Assembly (NCBI GenBank): GCA_024682255.1
Contig: GCA_024682255.1_4716.1
DNA length: 64,000 nt
From: a phage
Reading direction: 5' to 3' (one strand)
Part shown: in pieces, positions 9,344-19,141 of the stretch
How positions within the stretch are numbered: the first letter of the stretch is position 1
How the letters are laid out: each line of letters starts with the position of its first letter
Translations under genes and position numbers: made by a program
The notes under the pieces: model-generated
What the model was told of the DNA's origin: nothing
Databases searched by the model: none
The model's input: only the letters and a program-made list of their open reading frames with translations

Positions 9344-12139
9344 TTACGCTAATTTACCGAAACCGGCTTTCTGTAGTTTCTCGTTGATCAGTTTTGCTTC
9401 CGCGAAAACATAATCACGATACGCAGTCACTAACCCGTCCACCCGTGAGCGCAAGGCTTCTTCGAAGCTATACCACGCAGCGATTTCACGAATCTGTGCG
9501 TTGATATAATCAACGGTTGAGCGAAGCTCGGTTGCGTTTTCTTGCGGGATGGCTTTCACCTGGCGAGCAACGTCATTTAAACGACGGAACTGTGTTTCGA
9601 TTTCTTTAAACTTACTGTCCGCAAGTTTGCTGAATTCGTCACCGGAACGGGTGAATAACAGATAGCTGTTGCCGTCAAGTGCGGTTGCTAACTGCTGAAG
9701 TACGTTGGTGTCCGGATACACAGGAGTACCGCTTTGCAGTACTTTCTCACCGAATTCCGCGAAGTCCTTCGGTGGTAAGTGTGCAGACGTTGTCAACTCG
9801 TTGAAACGGAAAGTCAGCGAATTATCATACAGCATCCGGTACGCTTCCATACCCTGTTTCATGGTACCGGCCAGGTTAGCCAGACGCGGAGCAATCTCGC
9901 CTTCTTTAGCGCGTTTCTGGTCTTCTAACGCCCCTTCGAGTTCTTTACACTGGTCGTTCAGATACACGATACGATCGGGACGCAGACGACGCATCTCACG
10001 AAGAATAGTATCCAGCTTACCTTCCTGGAAATAACCTAACGTTAAAGACGTACACGCTTGCTGAAGACGATCGAACACCGGTAAGGTCACCATCTCCTTA
10101 CGGATACCATCAACAATCGCAGAAACAGCCGAAAGTTTCTGTTCTGTCGTTAATGGAACATCAGAGACCGACTTGCTGGGCGCACCAACAACGTTACGCA
10201 TTGCGTCGGTATCCTCGGTTTTATCAACCTCTTTACGAACATGCTCATCAGGAACATAAACGTTCGCGTTACGTTTCGCCTGCTTGATGGCGTCGTTGGC
10301 CGCTTTTTCGGTGGCCGCTACGCTATCGGCACGTTTCTTCAAGAGTTCAATAATCCAGAGCAACAGACGACGAATCGCTGTATAGGCGGTCGTGATGATG
10401 ACACCGATAACAGCCATCTTCATGATACCGAACGATTCCATGGTCGGCTCTAACGCCTGGTCCGGCATATACCGTTCACGCAGCTCCAGATAGATCTGCT
10501 CATCTGGTTTGCTGACCTCACCACGATGTGAAGTCCGATAGATGGCTTCGTCAATCTCAACAAGATCTTTGCGTGCCTGGCGATCGGATTCTGTTAAGTA
10601 AGCACAACCGGATACGTCGTCTTCGAAGCTTAAGAATTTGAAAAAGTCGCTGACATCGACGTTGACCTTCTTCGCTTCATTGTCAACGTTAATGAAATCC
10701 GTTTTACGAGACTGCTGTTGAATCTTAATATCCTTTATCGGTTTAAGCGCTTTGTCTTTTAATGCCTGCATGATCTGTTTCCAGCTGGCATCGCGTTCAA
10801 GAACAAGGAAATAGTTCTTGAGTTCGAATGCGCGATAGCGGGCAACAAGTTGTTCTACCTGAACATGAGCGAGTTGTACGTCCATCAGCCAACGCGACAT
10901 TGCCGAGATCAAACGGCTATAAGCAAGCAGCGTCTGATACGTCAGCTTCATGTGTTTCTCGTACAGCTCAATATCGCCGTCTTGAATATCAGCCGTTGGG
11001 TTCATTTCCTTCGTTGCTTTGAAGATTTGTTCGGCTTCATTTAACGTTTGTTCGAATTTGACTTCATTAAACGTGTCAAACGGTTCGGCCAACTCTACCA
11101 TTCGATCGTGAAGTTCACGAACCCAGGCTTCTTTATTGTTGCGAATAGCTGCGTCATCGTGAAGTTCAGTTTGATGTTTCTGTACCCATTCTTCGACGAT
11201 ATCAGCGGCGGCAACAATTCCTGTACCATCGGAAACTAACGGAACAACTCCAGCAAGTACGCCTACACATGCTGGGGTTTTCCAATAATCGTTCAAAGCG
11301 TTTCTGAATTCAACGATGGATTGTACGTTTGGTACTGTGTCCAAAAACGTACTGCCGTTACGGCTCATTGTCGTTACGATATCAGCGAATTCCTTCTGCT
11401 TAGCGGTAACAAAAGGAACCAGGACCATAAGCCATTCAGCAACCGATTTCGCTTTTTCTTTCAGGTTCTTGTCAGCGATTTCTTTAAGGTTTATCGCACC
11501 ACCGTAACCTGCAAGCTCTTTATATACGTCGCTAAGGGTCATCTGTTTATCCAACATTTCTTTGAAACGTGGATAATCAGCACCTAACGCATCGATAATA
11601 TCGTTGATTACGTCATCGGTTGTTGCAATAAACTTCTTCGTATCAACGTTTGAATATTTCCAGACGTACCGTACGGCTTTCTTGATTCCCGCAAAGATAA
11701 ACGCCCAAATACGCTTGATGAGTTCCCAGACTTTCTTCGCACCGTCGACAAACAGTTTAGAGACCTTGGCAACGAATCCTTCCTGTACCAACTCAACGCC
11801 GTTCCGTGATGGGATTTCGGTGAAGAAAGCATCTGGCAGTTGTTTCGGGAATGCGTCACCAAGACGCATACGCAGTTCCGGTACATCAGCACGAGAAATG
11901 CCGCGTGTTACTAACTGTTCGTGAAGACGAACGTTTTCTTCGCCAGAGGTCACGAATTCGTCAACATCGAAGGAGACCATTGCTTCCTGATCTTCGGTGG
12001 TAACGACGCTTGAACCGTCGCTGGTTTGGATGTCCTCGTCAGGGAACGCCATGAGCATACCGTGACGCATTTCAACCACTCCGTAATCGGTTGCTAAACC
12101 GAATTCGTTGTGATCGGGGGTAATAACCGGGATACTCAT
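9344..12139 (-). CDS. large hypothetical protein (931 aa) with one internal hydrophobic segment
   Basis: Long ORF; ATG overlaps the TGA of the upstream gene (ATGA); hydrophobic stretch MKMAVIGVIITTAYTAIRRLLLWII. Confidence 0.65.
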   Translation of the reverse strand: MSIPVITPDHNEFGLATDYGVVEMRHGMLMAFPDEDIQTSDGSSVVTTEDQEAMVSFDVDEFVTSGEENVRLHEQLVTRGISRADVPELRMRLGDAFPKQLPDAFFTEIPSRNGVELVQEGFVAKVSKLFVDGAKKVWELIKRIWAFIFAGIKKAVRYVWKYSNVDTKKFIATTDDVINDIIDALGADYPRFKEMLDKQMTLSDVYKELAGYGGAINLKEIADKNLKEKAKSVAEWLMVLVPFVTAKQKEFADIVTTMSRNGSTFLDTVPNVQSIVEFRNALNDYWKTPACVGVLAGVVPLVSDGTGIVAAADIVEEWVQKHQTELHDDAAIRNNKEAWVRELHDRMVELAEPFDTFNEVKFEQTLNEAEQIFKATKEMNPTADIQDGDIELYEKHMKLTYQTLLAYSRLISAMSRWLMDVQLAHVQVEQLVARYRAFELKNYFLVLERDASWKQIMQALKDKALKPIKDIKIQQQSRKTDFINVDNEAKKVNVDVSDFFKFLSFEDDVSGCAYLTESDRQARKDLVEIDEAIYRTSHRGEVSKPDEQIYLELRERYMPDQALEPTMESFGIMKMAVIGVIITTAYTAIRRLLLWIIELLKKRADSVAATEKAANDAIKQAKRNANVYVPDEHVRKEVDKTEDTDAMRNVVGAPSKSVSDVPLTTEQKLSAVSAIVDGIRKEMVTLPVFDRLQQACTSLTLGYFQEGKLDTILREMRRLRPDRIVYLNDQCKELEGALEDQKRAKEGEIAPRLANLAGTMKQGMEAYRMLYDNSLTFRFNELTTSAHLPPKDFAEFGEKVLQSGTPVYPDTNVLQQLATALDGNSYLLFTRSGDEFSKLADSKFKEIETQFRRLNDVARQVKAIPQENATELRSTVDYINAQIREIAAWYSFEEALRSRVDGLVTAYRDYVFAEAKLINEKLQKAGFGKLA

Positions 12140-12576
12140 GCATTCTCTCCTTGCAGTGCGTTAGCGAAAGCTGTTGCAAGTTGTGCGACCAGTTTCGGGT
12201 CAACGCCTTCGATAACGTCAGGCAGCCCTGCGGTTTCTTGGTCACGAACAGCGGAGGCTAATAACAGCATGGTTTCAGGTGCAGTTGGCTCATGCACCAT
12301 GCGGTAACGCAGGCACCAGAAGTAGCGAGCAACGTCTAACGCATCAGCTAACCCGATAACCAGTACCTTGTTCAGCTTATCCAGCCCTTCACGGATTTTA
12401 GGGAGATGTTCGCGAACGAAAATGCTATCTGCGGTCAGATCTTCTTTTTCAGCGAATACGGGCATGCTGTAACCAGCAATGTAACCAGCGGCAATACTTA
12501 ACGCACGGGTCTGTTGTTCGGCCGGGAAATCACGAACCAGGTCTTTCAGCTGAACGGCGAAATCAGAAATATTCAT
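12136..12576 (-). CDS. hypothetical protein (146 aa)
   Basis: ORF with ATG and AAGGA upstream; stop overlaps start of next gene. Confidence 0.55.
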   Translation of the reverse strand: MNISDFAVQLKDLVRDFPAEQQTRALSIAAGYIAGYSMPVFAEKEDLTADSIFVREHLPKIREGLDKLNKVLVIGLADALDVARYFWCLRYRMVHEPTAPETMLLLASAVRDQETAGLPDVIEGVDPKLVAQLATAFANALQGENA

Positions 12577-12608
12577 GTTAAATTCCTTTATAGTAAAAAT
12601 AGAAGAGA

Positions 12609-13919
12609 TTAGGCGATAATGGAATCAAGAGTCGCTGCGGTTTTGAACAGATCGCTGTTCATTGTAGAAGAAAGGGCTTGCTGAATTTCTTCCTGTTTAA
12701 CCGCCTTACGAACCCCAGGACGAAGGGCGATAGTCACCATTTGCATGAACGTACGGTTGTTGTTCATTTCTTTCAGTGTATCATCGATTGTTTTAATCGT
12801 GTCTAGCGTAGTTGAACGGATATCGTTAGGGAGATCGCGATCTTTCAGGCGTATAATCAGATCCTGTTTGATCTTACGGAATCGTTCCATATCGTTATCG
12901 TAAATGTTGTATGTTGGATCTAACCAAACTGCAAGCGCCATAGCGGCAACAAATATTGCCATACCGAGAATATTAACCGAGGTGAAGCTGATTGCAATCA
13001 GAATAGCCACGGCGGCATCTTTAATGAAGGAGAGCCAGAACATCGTTTTGGACTTCATGGAGTCTTTGCTATAATACCGATACATTTTAGCAAGCCCGCT
13101 AACGAGATACTCCCCACCACCATGACGTGTAGCGAACTGATCAGCCATGAATTCGGAAGCAACGTCGGTATATCGTCCAGCGTTGTTTACATTTCGTAAT
13201 TGCATCGCTTTGTTAGATACGTAAACCGTGTACCAGACACTACCATCGTCTGAATCACTGATTTTGTCTACGTCGACGTTGGTATCCAGCGTTTTGTTTA
13301 ACGCTTTCGCCAGTTCGATACGTTTTACCTTATCGGTTGTCCCCAACAGTTCACGCTGCACGGTCATGATTGAGGCTTCGACACGAACCGTTTCCGACAA
13401 TGTTTCGAGGAAAGTAAACGCATGACCGATTTCATGCAGCATTATGGCCGCTTTTTCTTCCGGAAGAAAGGGTTCTGTCGCTGCTAGCAGTTCATACGTG
13501 ATGGCAGAACGAATCTTCAACTCCTCAAAGATACCGTAAACACGACCTTTTTCTAAATCGACGTAACCGACAGGCGTATCTTTAATCTTCTTAAGGAGCG
13601 TAACACCATCAGCACCACGCATCCATAACCGATGATAGTCTGCCAAGATCGTGTTGTTTGTCGAAATATCCGGCGGGTACACGTAGGCATTCATCTGGCC
13701 CATTTTCACGTCGACCGAGAATTCGATGTTCAACCCCGTATAGCGTTTAACCATCTCGGTTAAACGACCGTCCTTGAAAACGTTTAAAACATCTTTTTTA
13801 TCCAGTCCCTGTTTGCTTCTGAAGAACTCGGTCATTTCCTTGAACAAGGAACCATCCTGAAACTTGATGGCTTCCATCGTTAATTCGTCATGACCATACA
13901 CGCGTTGTAGTAATGACAT
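12609..13919 (-). CDS. putative zinc metallopeptidase-like membrane protein (436 aa, HEIGH motif)
   Basis: HExxH motif (IMLHEIGHAFTFLE) with downstream Glu, followed by a long C-terminal hydrophobic segment (FWLSFIKDAAVAILIAISFTSVNILGMAIFVAAMALAVWL). Confidence 0.55.
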   Translation of the reverse strand: MSLLQRVYGHDELTMEAIKFQDGSLFKEMTEFFRSKQGLDKKDVLNVFKDGRLTEMVKRYTGLNIEFSVDVKMGQMNAYVYPPDISTNNTILADYHRLWMRGADGVTLLKKIKDTPVGYVDLEKGRVYGIFEELKIRSAITYELLAATEPFLPEEKAAIMLHEIGHAFTFLETLSETVRVEASIMTVQRELLGTTDKVKRIELAKALNKTLDTNVDVDKISDSDDGSVWYTVYVSNKAMQLRNVNNAGRYTDVASEFMADQFATRHGGGEYLVSGLAKMYRYYSKDSMKSKTMFWLSFIKDAAVAILIAISFTSVNILGMAIFVAAMALAVWLDPTYNIYDNDMERFRKIKQDLIIRLKDRDLPNDIRSTTLDTIKTIDDTLKEMNNNRTFMQMVTIALRPGVRKAVKQEEIQQALSSTMNSDLFKTAATLDSIIA

Positions 13920-13931
13920 TGTACACTCTCT

Positions 13932-13947
13932 AAATTTACGTAAATTT
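13932..13947. promoter_or_regulatory. perfect 16-bp palindrome AAATTTACGTAAATTT in divergent intergenic region
   Basis: Self-complementary 16-mer about 13 nt upstream of the start of the HExxH gene, in the 220-bp divergent region between 13919 and 14141. Confidence 0.4.
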
Positions 13948-14140
13948 AAGGGCTAATGGATCGGCTGGCCGCACCAATCACAATGTGTCCGCTGCTATGC
14001 AACGGCATTCATAGAAATACCTTTTGACGGTAACATCACCCATCACACCCCAAGCAATAAGAGTGGTCGGTTAAAAACAACAGAACGTGGGGATGATATA
14101 GAAAATCACCTTTTAACACTTATTACGAGTTTATCAAGCC

Positions 14141-15640
14141 ATGAGCGAACAAGAACGAAAACCTAAGAAGAAACTGCTCGGTATTCAATGTCGACACATC
14201 AGCTATAACGAAGCGAACGATGGCAGCAAGAACGACCTCATGATCGCAAAAGAGATCATGTTCTTTGATGATAATACGCAAGCGACGAACCTTCGCTTCT
14301 TCGAGAATTACAAACGTCCGTTTTGGGTGACGGTAGAGAGTAAACGTAAGAACAAATATAAAAAGGAAAGCGAGAAGCTCTCGCACGTACGTCGCTATGA
14401 TGTCCGTCAAAGTGAACTGGTTGAAAAGATCAGTTCGGTGCTTTATAAAAGACGTGCTGATGATAACACCCGTTTACAGCAGCTTGCACGGAGTCCATAC
14501 CTCTATGGAACGGACGTTAGCGCTAGCTGTTATTTAAAAACCCAATACAATACAAAATGGCCGGAATACGTCGATAAATTACCCGCTTCCATCGCCTGTT
14601 TCGATATCGAAACCGACGTTGTCCATGGACACGGTAAGATCGTCTGTATGTCTATTACAATGGGATACAATGCGATCCTTTGCTATACCAAGGACTTCGT
14701 TGGTCATATTCCGAATGCGATTGAGAAAACCCATGAGAAGATTCGATATTACCTGGCCGAACGTCTAAACACCAAAGAAGATCCGCACGCATTTGAAAAA
14801 TATCAGTACGATGTGCGAATCGTAGAAAGTCCGGCACAAGCGGTCATCCAATGCATGCAGAAGGTTCACGAATGGCAGCCGGATTATCTCCTTGGCTGGA
14901 ATATCGCGTTCGATATTCCGCGCATGCTCCAGGCACTGAACGAAGAAGGGTATCGTCCCGAGGATGTTTTCTCCGATCCCCGTGTACCACCTAAGTATCG
15001 TATTGCTCGCTGGGTACCACCGAAGACCGACAAGGTATCTGCTTCAGGGCGTAAAACCAACCTTACCCTTGAGCAAACCTGGCCGATGTTTTATACGATG
15101 GCTACGTATCAGGTTATGGATGCGATGTGTGGTTATAAGTTCGTTCGTTTAGGAAGACCGGATGAGGGACGTTATTCACTCGATGCGGTATTAGAGCGAA
15201 ATAAATGCCATACGAAATTAAAAGCAATTCCTGGTACAGAAGGGTTCACAGAGCTTGCGTGGCACGAAGAGATGCAAACGAACCATCAAATCGACTACGG
15301 TGTATATAACCTTTGGGATAACCAAGGCATCGAGGCGTTGGACCAGAAAACAAAAGACTATTCGATGACCATCCCTATCCGTTTAGCGGCGTCGGATTTG
15401 AAAGATTTCAGTTCTAACCCTAAACGTATCTGCGATAAACTTTTCTTCGTTTATCTTAACCGTGGGGAAGTCATGGGCTGCACTGCCGACGACATGACCC
15501 AGGAAGAAGATAAGTGGGTTATCTCACGAACCGGACATATCGTCACATTGCCGTGCGATCTCATGGCGGACAACGGCATCCATCTCTTCTGGGATATGCC
15601 GAACCTGAGAAGTTATATTAGATTATTTGTTGCGGATTAA
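14141..15640 (+). CDS. DnaQ-like (DEDDy) 3'-5' exonuclease (499 aa)
   Basis: Exo I (CFDIETD), Exo II (WNIAFDIP) and Exo III (YNLWD) motifs in canonical order; no obvious SD before the ATG. Confidence 0.65.
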   Translation: MSEQERKPKKKLLGIQCRHISYNEANDGSKNDLMIAKEIMFFDDNTQATNLRFFENYKRPFWVTVESKRKNKYKKESEKLSHVRRYDVRQSELVEKISSVLYKRRADDNTRLQQLARSPYLYGTDVSASCYLKTQYNTKWPEYVDKLPASIACFDIETDVVHGHGKIVCMSITMGYNAILCYTKDFVGHIPNAIEKTHEKIRYYLAERLNTKEDPHAFEKYQYDVRIVESPAQAVIQCMQKVHEWQPDYLLGWNIAFDIPRMLQALNEEGYRPEDVFSDPRVPPKYRIARWVPPKTDKVSASGRKTNLTLEQTWPMFYTMATYQVMDAMCGYKFVRLGRPDEGRYSLDAVLERNKCHTKLKAIPGTEGFTELAWHEEMQTNHQIDYGVYNLWDNQGIEALDQKTKDYSMTIPIRLAASDLKDFSSNPKRICDKLFFVYLNRGEVMGCTADDMTQEEDKWVISRTGHIVTLPCDLMADNGIHLFWDMPNLRSYIRLFVAD

Positions 15641-15707
15641 GAAATAAATCGGTTAAGTTTTACCTCCTTTCTCGATAAGTATGATACTAAGCGAGCAAGG
15701 AGTTGAT

Positions 15708-16814
15708 ATGTCGAGTAGTTATGAGTATCCAAAGATTACTGAATGTGTTGTTTCCGAAGAAGGTATCTTCGACCTCGATATGAAGCCGTTACCACTTACC
15801 GTGGAAGATGGAATATCGTACGTCAAACTTGACTGGTACCGTGGTCCCGGTCTGTATGACGCAGGTCTTGTGGTAATGCGTAAACTGCATGCTATCAACA
15901 TATACGAAGATCTGTTAGACGAAGCACATTCGTTGTATATCGATGGGAACCCAGAAAACATCAAACGTGAGAACTTGCTTTATCGTTTCAAGAACGGTAA
16001 GTTGGAACACAAGGGTTATCCGGGCTATTACTACGTCCCTTTCTTTACACACTACGTGATAAACGAGCAAGGCGAAGTGATCAGTCTTTTAACCGGGCAA
16101 AAGAAATCATGGACACGGTCGAAAGGGGATCCGAAACGAAATAAGCGTGCTGGGTACTTATATCAGCGCGTCGTTAATGATAATGGTTTCACAGCCCAAA
16201 TGTTTCAACATCGTGCGATGGGTTACGTGTTCCTGGAATACGGTGCCGACGTGATGACAAAGATCATCAACCACATAAACGGCATCAAATGGGATAATCG
16301 TCCATGCAACATTGAATGGACAACCTATTCTGAGAACAACAAGCATGCGATTGATAGCGGTCTTCGTACAGAAGGCTTACATCCTGTTAAGGTTAAGGAT
16401 TACAACACCGGTGAGGTTAGGGTATTCCCAACAATCGCTGCGTGCTGTGCTGCTTATCCATGCTTGGAACGTAAACGTGTTTGGTATTGGATGACGCGTA
16501 AAACGAAATTCATGCCAGCCTGCAATCTGTATTTCAAAGAAGTCGATGATGATACTCCGTGGCCAGATTGGCAAATCGGACAGCACCGTCGTCTTCAGGA
16601 ATACGATATGGGCCACCCTATCGCAGCTATCGATAAGCAAACCGGTAAACGTTATGTGTTTGCATCAATTGCTCACGCACAACGAGAGACGGGTGTTTCT
16701 AACGTGACTATCACGAAGTACTGTCGTAATAGACTTACAGAAGGTCGTTCTCCATTCATCTTCCGCTATTTTGAAGATGTTAGTTCGATGCCTGTAGGCC
16801 TTAACGACGCTTAA
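15708..16814 (+). CDS. HNH homing endonuclease with C-terminal HTH (NUMOD-like) region
   Basis: HNH motif region INHINGIKWDNRPCNIEWTTYSENNKHA; C-terminal IASIAHAQRETGVSNVTITKYC; ATG at 15708 with AAGGAG 5 nt upstream (track frame starts 15681). Confidence 0.75.
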   Translation: MSSSYEYPKITECVVSEEGIFDLDMKPLPLTVEDGISYVKLDWYRGPGLYDAGLVVMRKLHAINIYEDLLDEAHSLYIDGNPENIKRENLLYRFKNGKLEHKGYPGYYYVPFFTHYVINEQGEVISLLTGQKKSWTRSKGDPKRNKRAGYLYQRVVNDNGFTAQMFQHRAMGYVFLEYGADVMTKIINHINGIKWDNRPCNIEWTTYSENNKHAIDSGLRTEGLHPVKVKDYNTGEVRVFPTIAACCAAYPCLERKRVWYWMTRKTKFMPACNLYFKEVDDDTPWPDWQIGQHRRLQEYDMGHPIAAIDKQTGKRYVFASIAHAQRETGVSNVTITKYCRNRLTEGRSPFIFRYFEDVSSMPVGLNDA

Positions 16815-16827
16815 CCGATTTTAGGTC

Positions 16828-16852
16828 CCGGTGGGGATAACGCCCCCACCGG
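16828..16852 (+). terminator. hairpin after HNH gene (CCGGTGGGG / CCCCACCGG)
   Basis: Perfect 9-bp stem with 7-nt loop, 14 nt after the HNH stop. Confidence 0.5.
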
Positions 16853-16869
16853 ATTCCCGTTAATTGCTG

Positions 16870-17200
16870 GAACCCCCTAAAGCCTTTCGACCACAGCGGA
16901 TTCTGAAAAGAAAAACGCGATGGTTAGAAAACAGAAAGGATGTTCGTAAGGAAGCGATAAATGGGCAATCAGCAGCGAAGCTTCTAAGGGCGTGCGTTAG
17001 CAATAAGACCTAAGAAGAACGTTCAACGACTATCCGGTCGCGCGGAGTAAGGGACAAGCGTCCCCAAACACGGGAGGGGTGCGAAAGCATTCCATGATAT
17101 AGTCTGCTCCTAAGTGAAAGCTTAGGCGGGTGGCACACACCGGCATAAGAGTTGCGTCTTATGTGGACAATGGCTTGACATCTCCTCGTCCTACCCGAAT
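16870..17200 (+). ncRNA. putative group I intron catalytic core (R- and S-like elements, P9-like hairpin)
   Basis: GTTCAACGACTA (about 17021-17032) resembles the R element and GATATAGTC (about 17095-17103) the S element, with complementary GACTA/TAGTC for P7; followed by CCTAAG-TGAAAG-CTTAGG hairpin; sits directly after an HNH gene; boundaries uncertain. Confidence 0.35.
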
Positions 17201-17476
17201 GGGCAGATCCTGTTGAATCTATCCAGAGCATGTGTTTTTCGTGAGCTCTCACGCATTGAGGGCGTCTCTGACTATCAATTCAGGAAGTTAGGTATCAACT
17301 TTATTACCGGAGGTAAAACGAACGCTGTAGACTTCTGTAGAATCGTTTATAAAGCACCGTCGATGTTTGAACTTTTAGAACATTTCGATGCGACGCGTCC
17401 AAAAGAGGAAGCACGGACCATCGAATGAATCAAGTATGTTGATCCTCGTTTAACAAAAAAGAAAACGCATGCGAAG

Positions 17477-17508
17477 CCCCTCCCCCTGGCGGAAGCCGGA
17501 GGGAGGGG
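17477..17508 (-). terminator. hairpin terminator (CCCCTCCC / GGGAGGGG) with T-run on minus strand
   Basis: GC-rich stem followed on the minus strand by TTTTTTGTT; immediately after the gene ending at 17515. Confidence 0.55.
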
Positions 17509-17514
17509 TGGGGT

Positions 17515-18000
17515 TTATGTGTGTTCGTTGCCAACTTTCACTTTGTAATCAGCATCGGTTAAGAAAATAGACAGGAATCCATGTTCTTTGCAAATCTGAC
17601 TAAGGATGTCAGCAATGATTTCGTTGATCATCGGTTTGTTTGCAAGGGCATAGATGTACCCGGGTGTAAAAGAAAGTGCATGATTGATCATAGGCTCATG
17701 AGAAGCCAAGATAAGGATCACGTGATGCTTCCCATCGTCGGTAACGACCGCTTGCGTAGACACGAAGAAATCAGTGAAGCAGCAGCGATCACAGGCTTTA
17801 GGTATATACAAATCACCCAGAGCTTCGTCACGTGCTTTTACGTGTGTTTCAGGGGTAATGCTGCTAAGTTGATCTTCAGCGAGATCCAAGACATCCTCAA
17901 TCGTTTTAAGAATAGCGTTGCGGAAATCCTCGCGGTAGAATGGGATGATATCACGATCGTTCATGTAATCGCCGGATTCGATAGTAAAGTTGATGTTCAT
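17515..18000 (-). CDS. small hypothetical protein (161 aa)
   Basis: ATG with AGGAG 7 nt upstream; own downstream hairpin. Confidence 0.6.
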   Translation of the reverse strand: MNINFTIESGDYMNDRDIIPFYREDFRNAILKTIEDVLDLAEDQLSSITPETHVKARDEALGDLYIPKACDRCCFTDFFVSTQAVVTDDGKHHVILILASHEPMINHALSFTPGYIYALANKPMINEIIADILSQICKEHGFLSIFLTDADYKVKVGNEHT

Positions 18001-18070
18001 TGAATGCTCCTAGTGGTTATGTCGATTGATTGATGTATTGATTTATGTTTGAAGGTGTTGTTCACCTTCG

Positions 18071-18511
18071 TTAGATATCATCATCCGTGGTGCCGTAGGA
18101 CATATGCTGAATTAATTTTCTCGGCTCGATGAAAATACGACATGTGATAAACACATCGGGATCGTATTGCTCCACGCAACGTCCGAAGGCTTGTTTTGCG
18201 GCTTGACGCACCGATGTTATTTCCTGATCGTTCATCGCATTATCGAATTCGATGTTGATCGTGATTTTATCGGGAAATAAATAGATAAAGTAATCGCCAC
18301 TGATACCACCATCATCAAAGTGACGTTCATTGTAACACTGGACGAGCTTACCTTCACGTTCTTTCTGATACCATCCAAGGATACTATTAAGACCTCTGTC
18401 CACGCATTCGAATGCTTGAGTAATAACATCCTCAACGACGGAGGCTGCCGTGGGACCATTGAATAGACGATCTAAGCGCTTTTTCATCGATTTGTCGGTT
18501 TTCATGTTCAT
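18071..18511 (-). CDS. small hypothetical protein (~146 aa)
   Basis: Internal ATG (MNMK...) with AGGAAAAG upstream preferred over the track start at 18538, which would lie inside a hairpin. Confidence 0.55.
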   Translation of the reverse strand: MNMKTDKSMKKRLDRLFNGPTAASVVEDVITQAFECVDRGLNSILGWYQKEREGKLVQCYNERHFDDGGISGDYFIYLFPDKITINIEFDNAMNDQEITSVRQAAKQAFGRCVEQYDPDVFITCRIFIEPRKLIQHMSYGTTDDDI

Positions 18512-18542
18512 TGTTTCTTTTCCTGTTATAGTCAACATATAG

Positions 18543-18573
18543 CCCTTCCCCGGCCTTGACGGCTAGGGAAGGG
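18543..18573 (-). terminator. hairpin (CCCTTCCC / GGGAAGGG)
   Basis: 8-bp GC stem between genes 18589..18984 and 18071..18511; no strong T-run. Confidence 0.4.
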
Positions 18574-18588
18574 TATGTTTACGTATAT

Positions 18589-18984
18589 TTACTCTTTGAC
18601 GTCAGTTGTCGTTTCGACATGCTTCTCACTACTGACGTACCAGAGCAGGTACGCTGGGAAAAGATTGACCTCTAAGCTAAATGGGATATTGTATTTCTCT
18701 TCCATTTTACAGAGATGTTCTTTAAGTAAATTTCTCGCGTCTCTGTCACCACGAACAGAGTGCCAGTCTAGTTCTTTGTTCTCCTTTACCAGGACCTCTA
18801 CGATGATACGTTGCTCGTGAACCTCGGTTTTCACAGTGAAAAGTAAATCGCTGCTATCAAAACGGGTAAAACGAATGTATGAACCTGGTGTTTTTTCTTG
18901 TTTAATAATATCGATCATGGTAGAAATGCGCGGATGATCGATGTTGTCGTTAACAGCTTTAACGATGGATTCTACAATGCTCAT
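18589..18984 (-). CDS. small hypothetical protein (131 aa)
   Basis: ATG with AAGGA upstream. Confidence 0.6.
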   Translation of the reverse strand: MSIVESIVKAVNDNIDHPRISTMIDIIKQEKTPGSYIRFTRFDSSDLLFTVKTEVHEQRIIVEVLVKENKELDWHSVRGDRDARNLLKEHLCKMEEKYNIPFSLEVNLFPAYLLWYVSSEKHVETTTDVKE

Positions 18985-19141
18985 TTTTTATCCTTAATGT
19001 TATCGATTTAGAAATATTACTTAATTACTGTTTTATTTATCGATGGTTGTTACCCATGATGGGAAAGCCGGATGGAAACAGAGCGTGAACGTAACCTTCG
19101 TATCGTATTTAATCGCTGAACTTTATCTTTGATAGACATGA

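Noticed and set aside
14123-14410. Minus-strand ORF (95 aa) overlapping the start of the exonuclease gene
   Set aside because: Fully embedded antisense to a well-supported gene with clear Exo motifs; no RBS; likely spurious.
15628-16891. Short GCGGATT repeats on both sides of the HNH gene as possible target-site duplication
   Set aside because: A 7-nt match is expected by chance at this length and orientation; it may instead belong to intron pairing elements and was not called as a repeat.
17010-17428. Track ORFs 17010..17252 (minus) and 17213..17428 (plus) as independent genes
   Set aside because: Both lie in the structured intron-like region; the plus frame begins with TTG and has no SD, so it is better read as a possible second exon than a free-standing gene; the minus ORF is antisense with no start signals.
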